Positions 14,615 through 28,307 of a stretch of 64,000 bases of DNA are shown here, piece by piece. The DNA lies in contig OZ316895.1 in the NCBI GenBank assembly GCA_973895155.1, forward strand, positions 5,910,687 to 5,974,686, written 5' to 3'. Under the pieces are notes generated by a model. It saw only the letters and a program-made list of their open reading frames with translations. It had not been told where the DNA came from and searched no databases. Made by a program: the position numbers and the translations under genes. The stretch is from Marsupella aquatica (taxonomy: Eukaryota > Plantae > Marchantiophyta). Position 1 is the stretch's first letter, and each line of letters begins with the position of its first letter.

Positions 14615-15545
14615 ATACCGTAACCCATCCCCTCTCCTCTAGGGGCTTTAGGTGGGTGTAGGGTAACCCATGGCACCAAGGGGGATTAGTTTTCATACCG
14701 TAACCCAAGGCCCCAAGGGGATTAGTTTTCTATAAGGTAACCATCCCCTCTAGGGCTTTAGGTAGGTGTAGGGTAACCCATGGCCCCAAGGGGATTATGG
14801 GATATACAAGCATGAATGCTCATTCTTTGAAATATTAATAGAAATCATGATTCATGGTTCTCTGCAAATTTTGGTGGGGTGCGAGAATCATGATCTAGAG
14901 GTTTCACTCTAGAAACCTAGGCCCCAACTCTAACTTCTGTTTGCAATTTTCTAGTAAGATAATGGGAGATGACAGTGCATAGGTAAATCTTCCCCTCGAG
15001 GGCGTAACCCATGGCCCAAAGGGATTATGGGAAATAATGGGCAAGTACAGTAACCCTTCCCCTCAAGGGAATGTAATTGGCTAGGGCGGTGCATAGGTAA
15101 CCCTCCCCTGAAGGGCAATATGTAGGTGTAGGGTAACTCATGGCCCCATGGGGATTGTGGGATGTAATCAGCAAGGGCGGTGCATACGGTAAGCCTTCCC
15201 CTCAATGACGTTAAGTAGGTGTAGGGTAACCCATGGCCCCATTAATGGGGTTATGGCATGACATTGGCAAGGGCAGGCTACAAGTAGCCCTTCCCCTCAG
15301 CGGGGTTAGGTAGGTGTAGTGTAACCCATAGCCCCAAGGGGTTTATTGGATGTGATTGGCAAGGGGAGTGTATAGGTAACCCTTCCCCTTGAGGGCAATA
15401 GGTAGGTGTAGGGTAACCCATTGCCCCAACGGGGTTATGTGATGTCATCGTGCAATGAGGGTGATGTATATGGTAACTCTTTCCCTTGAGGACATTAGGT
15501 AGGTGTTGAATAACCCATGGCCCAAGCGGGTCATGGGATGTAATC
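14615..15545. repeat. Degenerate tandem array (core gtaggtgtagggtaacccatggccccaagggg), period ~105-120 bp, roughly 7-8 copies
   Basis: Core recurs at ~14652, 14761, 15002, 15122, 15216, 15310, 15402 and 15499. Confidence 0.75.
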
Positions 15546-15552
15546 GATGAGG

Positions 15553-16550
15553 TGTTAGGATTAACTTAGGTCTAGAGTTACAATTGTACCGCAATTAGGG
15601 CTAACCTTAGTCGTAGACTAGGTTAGGTTAGTCATGTTGTGCACACTCTATATCCCAAGCGTTGTTTGCTTGCATAGGGGGAACTCAGGCTCATTGTTAC
15701 GGAGCCAGTTGAGAGATAAGGAGAGCTTGTGCTATGGATGTTTGGTATGGCTTGAACTCATTGAATTGACTGCTAGGGTTGCTATTGGCACTCGTCCCAC
15801 ATAGCTTAGGTCCTGGTTGTTGGAGCCCTGTTCATTCAGTGTTGGGGCCCCCTTTGCCTGTGAGCGGTGCATTGTTCTGTTGTTGTGTTGCTTAGTTTTA
15901 ATACTTTCTCCCCACTTGGCCCTCCTTTAGAAGGTGACCTTGTGAACTGTTCGGGTGGTTTTTGGCATGTTGTAGTTGTTTGAGGTGCGTGTGGCCCTCA
16001 GTGTGGTTGTTTTCTGCCTCAATGGTCTTTGCCGCAGACGGTGGCTTCTCTAATAAACAGTCATGTATTTCACCAAAAAAACAAAATACAAAAAAAACCA
16101 AAAAAATGGATGTTTAGTATGGCGTGCCGGTCGACCTAGAATGCAGTAAAGCGTACCTAGAGGTGAACCACGTATCTCTATATGTTGACTACTTGATCCT
16201 TAGATGGTTATGGGCATGCCATTGTGAATGTTGTCTTTGCTCAACATGAGGGCGATGTATTTTGCTCCATTTTGACCTGAAAGTTGTGCCATAAATAAAG
16301 ATCTGTGGTTATGAGATAGACTCTCAAGGCGATCCATATTCTCATAATCTGGCTAGGTTTACGATATGAGTTACTTGTGGATATAGTTGTCAATGTATCC
16401 TAGTAATTCCTGTGATTTCAGGGTCTATATATCTACATCCCAATTACATAACGTAGCAAACTGACACAAGTGGGGTATGTAATGTGCTTTACATAATGTT
16501 ATGAGTTATTCTCCTTGCACAAGTAGGCCGCATAACTTAGGGTTCTAACA
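15553..16550. mobile_element. Possible solo LTR (~1 kb)
   Basis: Begins TGTTAG and ends CTAACA (6-bp terminal inverted repeat); non-coding. No target-site duplication found. Confidence 0.3.
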
Positions 16551-17859
16551 ATCTGTTTGTTTTCAGGAAGCCATACAATCATGCTAATCATTGTCACAAC
16601 TGAAAAGGCTTCTTGAGAAGTTCATACATGGATCACACAATAGTTTAGTGAAAATCCTTACTTTATTCAGCGGGGATCTTGAAATTTGATCCACCTTGAA
16701 ATTTGTCACTTAAAATTCAGCTTTTAATGCGGAGTCATAGCTTACAAAGCTATTACGTACCTATCCTCCTTCTCATCATCTTTTGCTTGAACAATCTTTA
16801 TCATCACATTGCAATTCTAAGAGTTATTACCCAAGCTGTTTACAATGAAATTAGTCAATGCATCCCCTTGGATATACTTTGTTAATCCATGAACATACAA
16901 AACTTCCTTGTCCCAATCAACTGCATCGAAGTCCTACTCACTCTTTTCATGAATATCACTGACTGTCACTCCATCATGAGTCCCATCACCAGGTTTGTAT
17001 CTCATAAAATTTGACCTTTGTCAATATAGGGCACAATGCAAAAAATAATGATTACAAGGAACATTTTACTTGAGTTGGTCCCACAACTATAGTCAATTGC
17101 AGAACACGTTTTTTGCTCACCGTCTTCACCATAGGTGTGAATGCATTCAAATCCACCAATGATGCAACATTTTATAACAGGAGGATAATTATCATTTATG
17201 CTCCATGTTGCTATTGTCATAATCTTGAGCCTGCACATTTATGGCCAGATAACCTTTCTCCGGACAAAATTATGCACAAAATTTGATGTATGATCAGGGG
17301 TTACTATCTATAACCTTGCGTCCAGAATGTTTGGACGACTTACCACCTATTATCGCATATTGGTCCACCTCATCACCCCAACTTTCACAGTCAAAGGGCA
17401 TTAGTTTGGACAAGTTACAAGCCCTCCACATTAATTGTGTGCCATCTCAAAATGAGTCTAGACAATCTGGTTAAGCAAACCCACAGGCAAAACGGATTTT
17501 GGGCAAACCCCAATATTGAGGGTGATCAGTGTAATTAGCCCTTGCAACTAGGGATGTTGCTGCCCGTTGCATGAGCCCATTGCTCTTACATGTATCAATG
17601 CTAGGCATGAAAGGAACCAACACCAACCAGCGTTTGGGTCACTGGTCTACCAGACGTGTGGGGAAGGCCATGTGTAAGGACTGAATTTGCTAAGAACATT
17701 TTTTCTTTTGACACAAACCCCACCCAAAAGTTGATTTATTCACAACTTTTGACACGTGGAAAAATATACATGATCCAAGTCTCCCAATTCTCGCAGGCAG
17801 CAGACTGAGAGGGCGAGGGTGGCGAGTGCTTCAGGTGACAGGAGGCGAGGGCAGCCAGT

Positions 17860-18150
17860 GTTGTTTGAGGCAAGGGGAGGGCAAGGGCAGTGAGTGCTTG
17901 AGGCTCACTATCTCACTAACCTCAAGTCTTGATATGGCTCTTGGGGACCTGAATCAAAATGTGGGTAACCGTGATAAGTAAATTAGTTTTGTGGGCAAGT
18001 TAGTAATTTTGACGAGTTAGGGGACAAAAAAGGAAGGATGGGACTTTAGTAAACTGGTAGTTGAGGCCAGGGCAGCTAGTTTGTTTGAGGCAACGGGAGG
18101 GCAAGGGCACTGAGTGCTTAAGGCTCACTACCTCACTAAACTCAAGTCTT
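17860..18150. repeat. ~70-bp direct duplication upstream of the WD40 gene
   Basis: ttgtttgaggcaa.gggagggcaagggca.tgagtgctt.aggctcacta.ctcactaa.ctcaagtctt occurs at ~17861 and ~18081. Confidence 0.7.
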
Positions 18151-18624
18151 CTTGTGGACAAGGTAGTAGTGTTGACGAGTTATTAGGGGACAGGACAGGA
18201 AGAATGGGAGTTCACTAAATTGGTCGTTTGCCTGGACTACTTCTGGTCCCTGTTATAGACAAGGAGAGAAGAGCCCTGTTAAGTAAATTGGTCCTTTTCC
18301 CATCACTCCTTGTGTTCAGTGTTCCATTGTCGACGAGGGCAAACGCAAAGAGAGAGACGGAGAGGGAACGAAGTCTGGAAGTGTTTGAGCGTCCTAGCAG
18401 ATGCATGCGATGGCCCAATCTGCGCAACGGCACCTCGTGGGTTCGCAATCGAAAGACCAACCTGGAGAGCCTTCGTTTGCGGCACTCAGGTTCCACCGTG
18501 CCCAATACACTCCTATGGAAAGTTACTCCACTAAAAATGGAGCTTCGGATGTCCTGTGATTTCTCACACCTTTGCACCGTGCTAGATTTCATGTCTGTTG
18601 GTATCTGTGAGGGTCTGAGATCGA

Positions 18625-21600
18625 ATGGTTGTCAAGTAGGGTCTGTTGTCCTCGCATAGTCATCCAAAGGCTTCACTCATTGCGATTGTGTCGATTTTTG
18701 GATGTCAGCCTTGAGAACGAGGGAGGAAGTGAACTGCGAGAACGTGCTCAAGGGGCTCTTTATGCTGGGACCCCAAGGAGGATAATTGGCGATGATGACG
18801 CCATTTTCGATCACAACAATCCTAAGATCAAGGAGGTGAGTAATTATTTCCAACAAGAGAATTAAGCCCTGGCAGACATCGCCCATGGGAATTTCAACCT
18901 CTTCTTCGGGTCCCGCAGAAATTGTCATTCATGATGAAGGGTTTGTCAAGACCATGTCGAGGTGAATGGCATGCTACTGTCCAGATGTTCAAAGGCAATC
19001 TACATTGAACTCAGCTATCTAGTGGTTGAGCAACCGTATTTATTCACCTGGACAACTTAAATATTGCAGGGACAGTGGTGGCTTGACTGTTCTATGGTGA
19101 ACTGCAGGATATCATCAAGATGGTACTTCAGTATCTCCAGGATGAAGGATATTCCGCATCAACGATGACCATTCAGGATGAAGCAAATGTAAGGATCAGT
19201 GAGCAGGTCCGAAACCGCTCTCAATTCAAGCGCATAAAGACTGCAATAACTGGTATTTGACAATGACAGTCCGACTTCTTTTGTTAAATCATATGTTATT
19301 CTATCTGCATGTTTTTCTTTGGTTTCTTTGTTATCGACTGTGGATCCTGTTTGGAAGCCTAACGAGGGTTATTGTGCTGTCTCGTCTTAAATAGATGGAG
19401 AATGGTCTGAAATGGAGAAGTTGATCCAAAAGACTCCACTGAAAGACCACAAGCATTTCTTGTACAATGTGTTCAAGCAGCAGTATTTGGAGCTTATTGA
19501 GCAACAGGAATATCAGAAGGTCTAACTCTTTTTGTGCTCGACTGTGTGTTCATTGCTTAACTAATGCGGGTATATGCATCTGAAGGACCTGCGTACTCAA
19601 AAGAAGGCGCCCATGTTTACTTTTGCATTCTATCATGACCAGGCGTTTACACTTCTCACTAAACGGCTGAAACCTCTGGAGCAAATGGGAAGCCTGCACA
19701 ACGAGTTTAAGGATCTCTGTTATCTGTTAACGTGCAAATGCATTCAAGACGCTCCTTTCTTTAAGAACTGGGAGAGTGTCGCAGCTTCACGGTGAGTACA
19801 CTGAACTTTGAGGATATGTTCTAAGCTTAGAATGACGTTGTTCTTGCATCTGACGTCCACCTGCTTTCTTTGGAATCTGTCTGAAGCGCACTGGATATCT
19901 TAGTTATACTTAAATCGGTCTTTCTAGCTTTCTCGAAACCTTTATTCACTTGGATGTAATTGATCAGCCTGTTTATATTGCAAAATATTCTCGTCGTGAT
20001 GGCTACAACGCCAGTCCCGATGAATGATCTTCTCAATCAATGAAACTGAGTCTAGAATTATGGTCGTATTACAGTGAAAAGTTGGTGGAGCAGTTTTCGT
20101 CGATGTTGGAGATTGAGAACAATGATCTAGCAGGTACTGAGCCAGCAAATCAATCGCAGTTTCTGACTCCTGTTCTTTGCGAGGTTGTGTAGTAGACTAG
20201 CAGAATAAGTAATCGTTTTAATCATTAAATTGAAACGGGCACTTCAAGAGCCCATCAGTTCAGTTTTCAAAATACAGGTAGCTGCGGTGTCTCTTAATTC
20301 TATGGAAGTTATCGAAAGACCCTTATTTAGTGTCGGTCTGGCCCTGTCTAGACAGTTGTATCTCGAGGGCCTGATAGACTTGTTGTATTTGGCATCAGTG
20401 GCAAGGCAGGAGATGCAACAACATCGACTTTTGCATTTGTTGAAGCAAGCAGTGCGTTATCAAATCGAGTTCAGCAGATATCATCCCAAGGTTGTGCCTA
20501 TTGTTCCAACGTAAGTGCCTCGCTCTGCTGTAAAGTATTGAGTCCTTGTTCTTCTCTGGTTTACGGTGCCGTTGATATTTGGAACTGAAAGTCTACCCCC
20601 TTACTTCCCAGGCAGTTACCCTGTATAGACTGAACAGTGCATCGATGATGGAACTTAGAGGTTCTATTTGAAGGGTTTCGTTGGGTAGAGGCCACCTGAA
20701 TCATCTCACTGAGAGGTCCAACGAGGAATTTGACCAAAGAAGACTATTCTGCGTGCGCTTCCAGTGAGAGTAGTCCATACCAGCTGCTTGATCTTGGACA
20801 TTACACCAAACAAACCGCTTTTTTGTAACAGCATTTTGTTGATCCATATAATACAATCCTGAGCCTCTCTACTCGAAAACAATGAAAGATTGGGTACTGT
20901 AAATCTTTGTTGTAGGTCTAGTTGAATACAAAGCTGGACGAAGACAATGAAGTAGCCATAAGTACTGTTATATATAATGAAAGGCATAATTAGGTGTTGA
21001 TGGAATTGAGTCTTTGGCAGGACCAAGTTTCATGAGGGGGGTAGCGACTTTCATTTGGTCATGATGCTGGTCTGTGGACAGATTGCTCGCGGATTATTCG
21101 TGCTTTGTACTTCCAAATGCTCACAGAATGACATTCAGTGGACATCGGAGCAATGTCAAGTACGTTGTCCCTTTCGCTCTCATTAAGCATAAAATAATGT
21201 CTGATAAGGTCAGGTCGATACTTTGGAGATTTATTTCAGTTATTTCAACCATTCTCTGGTCTTTCCGAAGCAATATGATTTTATTTGCTGAGATGATTTT
21301 ATGCTTGCTGCACTTTGCTGAGAGTATCTTCGATTGCAGGTGTGTTGATTTCGTTGGAGCAGAGGGCTCTATGCTTGTTTCAGGATCAAGGTCAGTTTCA
21401 GAAACCAAGAGGAGTTGATAAAAATAGGCATAGGATCAGATCCGATAAGTAGCGCATTTTCTTACTAGAATAACGTGGTCAACACAGGCCTTGTAGCTTT
21501 TCAATATGTCCATTGTTTCTAGCAGACCCTTCTTAAGAGCGGATCGTATTTCTTTAAGGCCCCCTCCAAGTCGGTTCAAATGAAATGTTCTCTGAACTCC

Positions 21601-24600
21601 AATCTCAACTAGTCCAGGAGGGGGAATGTTAAGACACAGTCGTGGTGGCAGACAGAGTATGTCGACCCGAGGACCGAGTGTAGTGGTGACCTTCCTTTCG
21701 GGGTGCATTATTTGCTGATCGCTTGTGTGAAGCAAACGATTATGATTTGAATTTCTTTTCTTGGCAGTGACAACACTCTGCGAGTCTGGGATGTGGAAGA
21801 TGGACAGTGCTTGCAGGTCTTTGGCAACGGGGACAGTAGCAGTAACGATGGGCATACATCAAGAATTTGGGATGTTACATCAAGTACTACTGGCGATGTG
21901 GTTGTCAGTGCTTCAGGGGACTCAACAATCAAGGTGAGAACAGCCTCCGGCCATTGCAAATTAGACGCAGACACGTACTGTAGGGAGTGAGTGATTCATG
22001 TCTGTGGGGCCGATGTAAGTATCTGCTTAGATTCGTTAGTTAACCCTAGTCCAATATATCGTTTCATCAAGTGCACACAAGGTTGGAAACGCCTGCGATG
22101 AAAAGAAAATCTATCTTAGAACATATTGTGTAATGGCAATTCTTGGGTAGTGTCTGCGTTATTAGCTGGATCCTAGGTTTTCAGTTAAAGGTTTTCAGTC
22201 GCTTGGGAATTTCTAAGGGGATGAATTAGACATACTTGCTGCAATGCCATAGAAGGATCGAAATTGAGATTTGATGAACCCTCTTTCATTGCAGGTTTGG
22301 AATGTTCGTGGCACTACGAAATCAGCTTGCTTGATGACTTTATTGGGCCACGAGGGGGATGTCTATAGTGCCAAGTACCACCAGTCAAGTGTGAGTGATC
22401 TATGACCACTGCTTTTTTGAGGTGCTCCTTTCCAAGGGATTGTTGGCCACGTCCTCTAGCCCGGGTATTACAGAAAATTTTACGTCGTAAGAAGTAGCAA
22501 GGGATGGCCGAGTTGGTTGTCTTGTTATGTATCGACCAGTGGTTGACAAGTCCACCTGTACTCTACCTGGCTTGCACACAGTGACAAAGATATGTAATAT
22601 GCGATTAGTTATAGAATATATTTCTCTGTCTCTTACCTGCAAGTACTGAACTAGCGGACCATTTATGTACAGAACTATGTTGTTACTGGTGGTTATGATA
22701 AGACGGTGAGACTATGGGATGTGCGTACTGGAACTTTACTAAGAACTTTCAGTGGACACAAGTCCTCAGTATCTCGTGTAATCTTCAATCCATTGGGGAA
22801 CCTTGTCATTAGTGGGTATGCTCTTGTACTTTCTTTGAGATACTTTATTCTCTTACCTCTCGCATCTGATAAACTGGCAGGACTATCTGTTGACGAATTA
22901 AAGGATGTCATTTTCGTTGTACAAAACGGTTCGACTATGCCATGTATGCATGTGGATTTTTATGTTTAAGTCCGTTTGTTGGTTTGCTTTTAGATGAAGT
23001 TCATCATTTCATCTGTCACGTTGTTATCATCCCTGTAGCATGTCCAGATCTGCATGTGACTGCAGACTGCTTTTCGGATATGTTGTATATTGATTCAAAG
23101 TTGAAAGCAAGGTGCGCAAGATATTATTCGTTTTGTCAGTGTGCATATTAACTAACCAGAGAAATGCTCACAGGTCAAAGGACAGCACAATTAAGTTTTG
23201 GGATCTTGTTAGTGGAGTATGTGTTAAGACATACAGCTCTCATCTTGGAGGTAAGTTGAGGATACTCCTTTTGGTTATTATTTCGCGTGGTAGAAGTCTA
23301 CTTTTGGCTCTCATTGAAATGCTCCGATGAGGACGAGAGGTATCCTTTTCTGTAAGTCATGTTTGTCTGTTTTGTTTGGTTTGTCTTCGTTGTTATTCGC
23401 ATGATGGACTTTATTGAATGATTCCGTGAGGACAAGATTTGAAAAGAGGCTTTTCTAAATTCAGAGGTTACATCCGTGGAGATGAACAAGGACGGTAGTC
23501 TGTTATTAAGTGGCTCCAAGGATAACTCGAACCGTCTCTGGGATGTGCGACTGGTAAGACATAACTGGGTTCTTATTGCTACCAAAGCTGCATGTTTACT
23601 GATTTTTTACTTTTTTTGCCTCCTATTCCTCGCAGTTGTAATTTTCTTGCTCATGATGTTTTTCGAATTAGACAACTTTAAGAGTTGTATGTAGATAATA
23701 ATGGTGCAGAAGATTTAGGGGTGGGGCGCTTCGAGTTCTAAAAGAAATCACAAAACTGAGGGGCGTGATGGCTTTGATTGATGTGTCGAAACTTTGTCAG
23801 GCTCGGCCAATAAAAAGGTTTAAAGGCCATCAGAACACCAGCAAGAATTTCGTTCGGGCGAGTTTTGGACCCGACGAATCGCTAATTGTTGGAGGATCAG
23901 AGGTCTGTTTATCTTACTGCTCCTATTCTTTGAGATGTTCCATTTTGCTGATCCTGGTTGTCATATTGTGACCCAGTCATATTTCTAGTATGCTGTGAGA
24001 CTCTGGAGTTGAAGTGAGCTTCAATAGTTTGTTATGCCCAAACCTTCTTATGTCATTGTCTTTTGTGTCAATGTCCTTACTCCTTTATTGTTCCTTTCAT
24101 TCTATGCACACGCAGATGCTCTTGTTTGACTAATTCTGTACCACTTGGGAAGCTTGTATATACTCGCTGCAACCCTTTTCATGAGAACTTTTGGGTACGC
24201 TTCAGTAGTCATTGGATATTGTTTTATGATCCCTGGCTTAACGTGAACATCAAATCTGTTTTTGTCTCAAAACTTCCCAGGACGGGCTAATATACATATG
24301 GGACGCAACCACAGGAGAAATTCTTCAACGGCTGGGGAGTAATAGTCCTCTTAGTCACCAGGACGTTGCATACCGCGCGATATGGAATGCCCACCAGAGC
24401 CTTTTAGTTAGGTGAGTACATGAGTTCCATCAGGCCTCATACTCTACTTGATTTCGTTCTCTTGCCATGCGTCCTAACCCTGCCTCACTAGGAATGACGC
24501 CTCCGTATGTGTTCCTTTTGAGAGGCACGTATGTCATTTCTAAGAGCAAGGATTTTCATCGGCTGAATTTATGCATCAGGTGCCATAAAGACGGAAGTTG

Positions 24601-24797
24601 TCTCACCCGCTGTTATTTCACACATTTTTTGTTGTGAGGATCACAGACCCTACCAGTTAATTTAATTTTCACTAGAGTTTTCTAAACGTATCTAAGTCCT
24701 TTTGACTTTCCGGTGTTGCAGTTGTTCGCATGATAGCACACTCAAGACCTGGTGGTACGATGAAAAGCAAGCATTTGATCAGGAGGATGACTTCTGA
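18625..24797 (+). CDS. LisH/CTLH-like N-terminus + WD40-repeat protein (WDR47/SMU1/WDR26-type architecture, possibly WDR47-like); ~16 exons
   Basis: Spliced reading: MVVNLENEGGSELRER... DIIKMVLQYLQDEGYSASTMTIQDE (LisH-like), DGEWSEMEKLIQK...QQYLELIE (CTLH-like), LLHLLKQAVRYQ. WD40 repeats follow: SGHRSNVK, DNTLRVWD, GHTSRIWD, GDSTIKVWN, GHEGDVYS, GYDKTVRLWD, GHKSSVS, SKDSTIKFWD, SKDNSNRLWD, GHQNTSKNF, DGLIYIWD, SHDSTLKTWW. Ends EDDF-TGA at 24797; GT-AG junctions. The start exon is inferred. Confidence 0.85.
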
Positions 24798-25550
24798 TCT
24801 TGGACTTGGATGTTGACAAACTGCCAGTGTTAGCAATACAGTAAATTACCGTTACCTCAGCATATTCTGCTACAGACATGAAGTTAGGCGGTATCTTCTT
24901 CTTGTTGAGATATCATTATCAAATTGCATGTCTGAGATCCCCCTAAATTGCCACTTCCAGGTATAACGACTCCTACGTGGAGTTCCCGCAAATTGTAAAT
25001 CGCATTCCACGACGAATTGTAGAATGTACTCGAGAGGTCTGAATCATTCTCGAGTTCTGTGAGATACCTGATTCATTTTCGAAAAGTGTTCAAACAGCAA
25101 TCTCCTCGAATTCCTTGCCAAGAAAAGTGGCCGATTTCTGACAACCCTGGTAGACGTGTGGCATTTATATTCCGAACACAGAATGCTGTGCCTAAAAGAA
25201 AAACCATTGACAATATTGAACACACCTGGCCTAATCTGCAAGGAGTCATCAGAAAGTCTTGGCATCGACTAGGAATATACCTCAGGCAGGACTGGGCCCT
25301 GCAGCAAACTAGAATCCGGGATGGAAAGACTGCATTCAGGGATGCCCACCACGACATGTCCAGGCACTATGGGACCTGGACAGGCCTGTGGCTGATACAT
25401 GAAGATATTCTTCCGGTCCTGCCTGTAACTCCACACCCGGGTGATCCCCCATCCTTGCTCAGGTTTTGAAGTTGCATTGCAGATTGACTGATTGAGTCAA
25501 TGCTCTCACGGACCCACTGAAGGAATCTCGCTGGAACCTGATCACTGGCC

Positions 25551-25636
25551 GGTCTTAGGAGTGTGGCAGGTCTTAGGAGTGCTCGCTGGAACTTGATCAC
25601 TGGCCGATCTTAGGAGTGTGGCAGGTCTTAGGAGTG
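25551..25636. repeat. Short tandem repeat, ~18-bp unit ggtcttaggagtgtggca, ~5 copies
   Basis: Direct reading, with one interruption (ctggaacttgatcactggcc, itself duplicated). Confidence 0.8.
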
Positions 25637-25699
25637 TGGCAGGTCTTAGGAGTGTGCTGCCCTGACTGTAGTTTCAAAATTTCTTGTTTAGTTGCCTCT

Positions 25700-26230
25700 T
25701 TTTGAGGCCCAGCTTCCTTTCTGGTACCCCCCTCCCCTCTTTTTTAGCACATAGACTTTTGGTCCCTCTGGACGGTGCTCATTTTTGGGGGCCCAGCTTC
25801 CTTTCTGGTACCTGCCCTCCCGTTTTGAGCACATAGACTTTTGGTCCCTCAGGATGGTGCTCATTTTTGGGCTAGTTATTTGAATGAAATTCATTTAGTT
25901 TTTTGAAGGCAAATTCTTTTTTTGAAGGCAATTTTTTTTGTATGCTGGTTCTTTGAATGAAATTCATTTGATTTTTTCAAGGGAAAAAAAATGTGCTCCT
26001 ATTTGGGCCCCTTGTTTTGTATGCATATTATTTGAATGAAATTTATTTAGTTTTTTTAAGGTTGACTATTTGAATGAAATTAATTTGGTTTTTGTTTAAG
26101 GCAATGTTTTTTGTATGCTAGTTGTTTAAATAAAATTCATTTGGTTTTTTCAAGGGAAAAAAAAATGTGTTCCTTTTTTGGCCCCCCATTTTGTATGCAT
26201 TATTTGAATGAAATTCTTTTGGTTTTTTTA
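25700..26230. repeat. AT-rich degenerate repeats (gcccagcttcctttctggtacc x2; tatttgaatgaaatt x~6), probable DNA-transposon subterminal region
   Basis: Repeated motifs are visible directly; the transposon assignment is inference. Confidence 0.45.
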
Positions 26231-28307
26231 AATAAAAAAAAAACCATTGATGAATGTCTCAAACTTAGATTCACTAACAAGCGAATGCCATCGCCAACTA
26301 TTAACGAACAATCCGGGTTGGGCAGATTTAAGATCCCATAGAACTTCGGGAACCTTGGGACTTTCGGACTCTGTCCATGACGAATGTGTGATAGGACCTT
26401 TAATTCGTGCCTTGACTATGCAATGCTTGTGATAAGTCAACCTTGAGAAATTCTGCTAAATTGGGTCCAAACGGATCAATTACGGTAAAAGATTTTCCAG
26501 AATGGGATTTTGTTGGGTAAGGTAGTACAGTAGATAGGATTGAGAGTTCACCCAGGGATCACACTTCGAAAACAGAAAAAAAGGAGTACTGGACAGCCAC
26601 GAAGCTTCCACGAGAAACGGATGACTCCCATGTCCAGTGACTGTACAAAATGAGTTCTCGAGTGCCATGTCATCTCTGAGTCAGAAACAAAACGATTATT
26701 GAGCGCCACGTAAGAATCGGGTAATGGACTCACGTCGACTGTAGTCCGACTGCTGTTCGGCTCTTGAGATACTATTACTTTTTAGAGGTGCGGAGCACGG
26801 CCGTTGTCTTATCTGATCAGCTCACTCTTTGATCCAATCAGTTTCACTTCGCAGCACTTCTATCGGTTCTGCCCACTTGCGATCCAATCGGTTTCAAAAC
26901 TTATATCGGTTCAGCTCACAAACATGCGATCCAATCGGTTTCAATGCTTATATCGGTTCAGCTGTCAAACAAGCGATCCCTCTGTCTCAGTTGCCGCACT
27001 TTCCAGGAAATCGTTGATCGACGACGTGAACTCGTCAGGGGGATCACTACTGTTACGTTATCGTTTCAGCTGAGCGCATTGCGATTCAATCAGTTTCATT
27101 TTGCCGTAGGTGTACATAATCGGTTCAGCTCACTAGCTAAATATTCAGTTTCCGTTTTGCAGCACTTCTATCGGTTCAGCACATTTGCTACCCTTCAGTT
27201 TCAGTGTTGCAGCACTGTCCAGGCATCCTCGAGCAAAGACCATGGACGTCCAGGCATCCTCGAGCAAAGACAATGGACGTATGTATCTAGACGAGTTTTC
27301 GATCCCCGAACGCATTCGATTTTGAAACGTGAGACGTGAGAGTGGCTGAATGCAACAACTACCTTTTGCAAATAGTCTAATGTTAGTAAGCAAGAGACTG
27401 TTTACAGAAGTACTTGTTACATATTGCCTACTCAGTCATGAATGGCTGGCAATACCGTTTTGGAGACTCACTGCAACTATTGTGGAACTATATGCTTCTC
27501 CCATCGAAGCGTGCACCAATCGTGATCTAGACGGCTTCTTCTCTGTTGACAGTACGCGAATCTTTGCCAATGTCTCTCCATTGTTTTCAAGGATTGTGGG
27601 TATATCAAGATGATGCAGTCAGTGATACAGACAAACCTGTGTGTGGTTGGGTTACATTCACTTTTCCCTGCAGTGGGTCCAATCGAGTGTAATTGAAAGG
27701 ATCTGGGTGACCTTGACTAAATACAGCTCGCTCCATAATTTTGTACATTCCCCATGTTACAATCGAGTATTGCAAAGAGATTGCACATGCGTACAGCCTT
27801 CCTATGGATCCTAATTAGGGTAAAACCCACTTTTTCCCTTTAAAAACCATTTTGTCCTCCTTTTCGAATAGGAGCTGCACTATGGTTATTTTCAATTTAT
27901 TGGTTTGAAGTATCACAATGTTCATTTACCTGAATGTCGCAGAAAGACAAGGAGGAAGCCTGCAGTTGGATGACATTCAGAAATTTGCTTGGTGGGTCCT
28001 CCCATGACACAAACCATGGGCCTCTCCCTCTTCTAAGTCCAGTTGGATGACGTTCAGAAATTTGCTCGGTGGGTCCTCCCATGACACAAACCTCCACTTC
28101 TTCTAAGTCCACTGCTGGTTACAAGCACTGCCCGAAACTGCACAAGAACCTTGGGACCCACCAAGAAAGTAGTTCATGAGTGTACCTCAGTCCTCACCAA
28201 TCTAATTTTTGTCCCACTAGCCCACCAACTTAATCTCTGGATGACCTAAAGCCCACCTACTCAATTTCTCCGTGACTTTCTATCAAACAAATAATTTTCC
28301 ATGTACG

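Noticed and set aside
16560-17560. Possible decayed transposase (Mutator-like) on the minus strand
   Set aside because: Looks like decayed coding sequence, but I could not recover a diagnostic motif.
25059-25469. 136-aa ORF downstream of the WD40 gene
   Set aside because: No recognisable domain or splice support, and it starts at a non-ATG codon.
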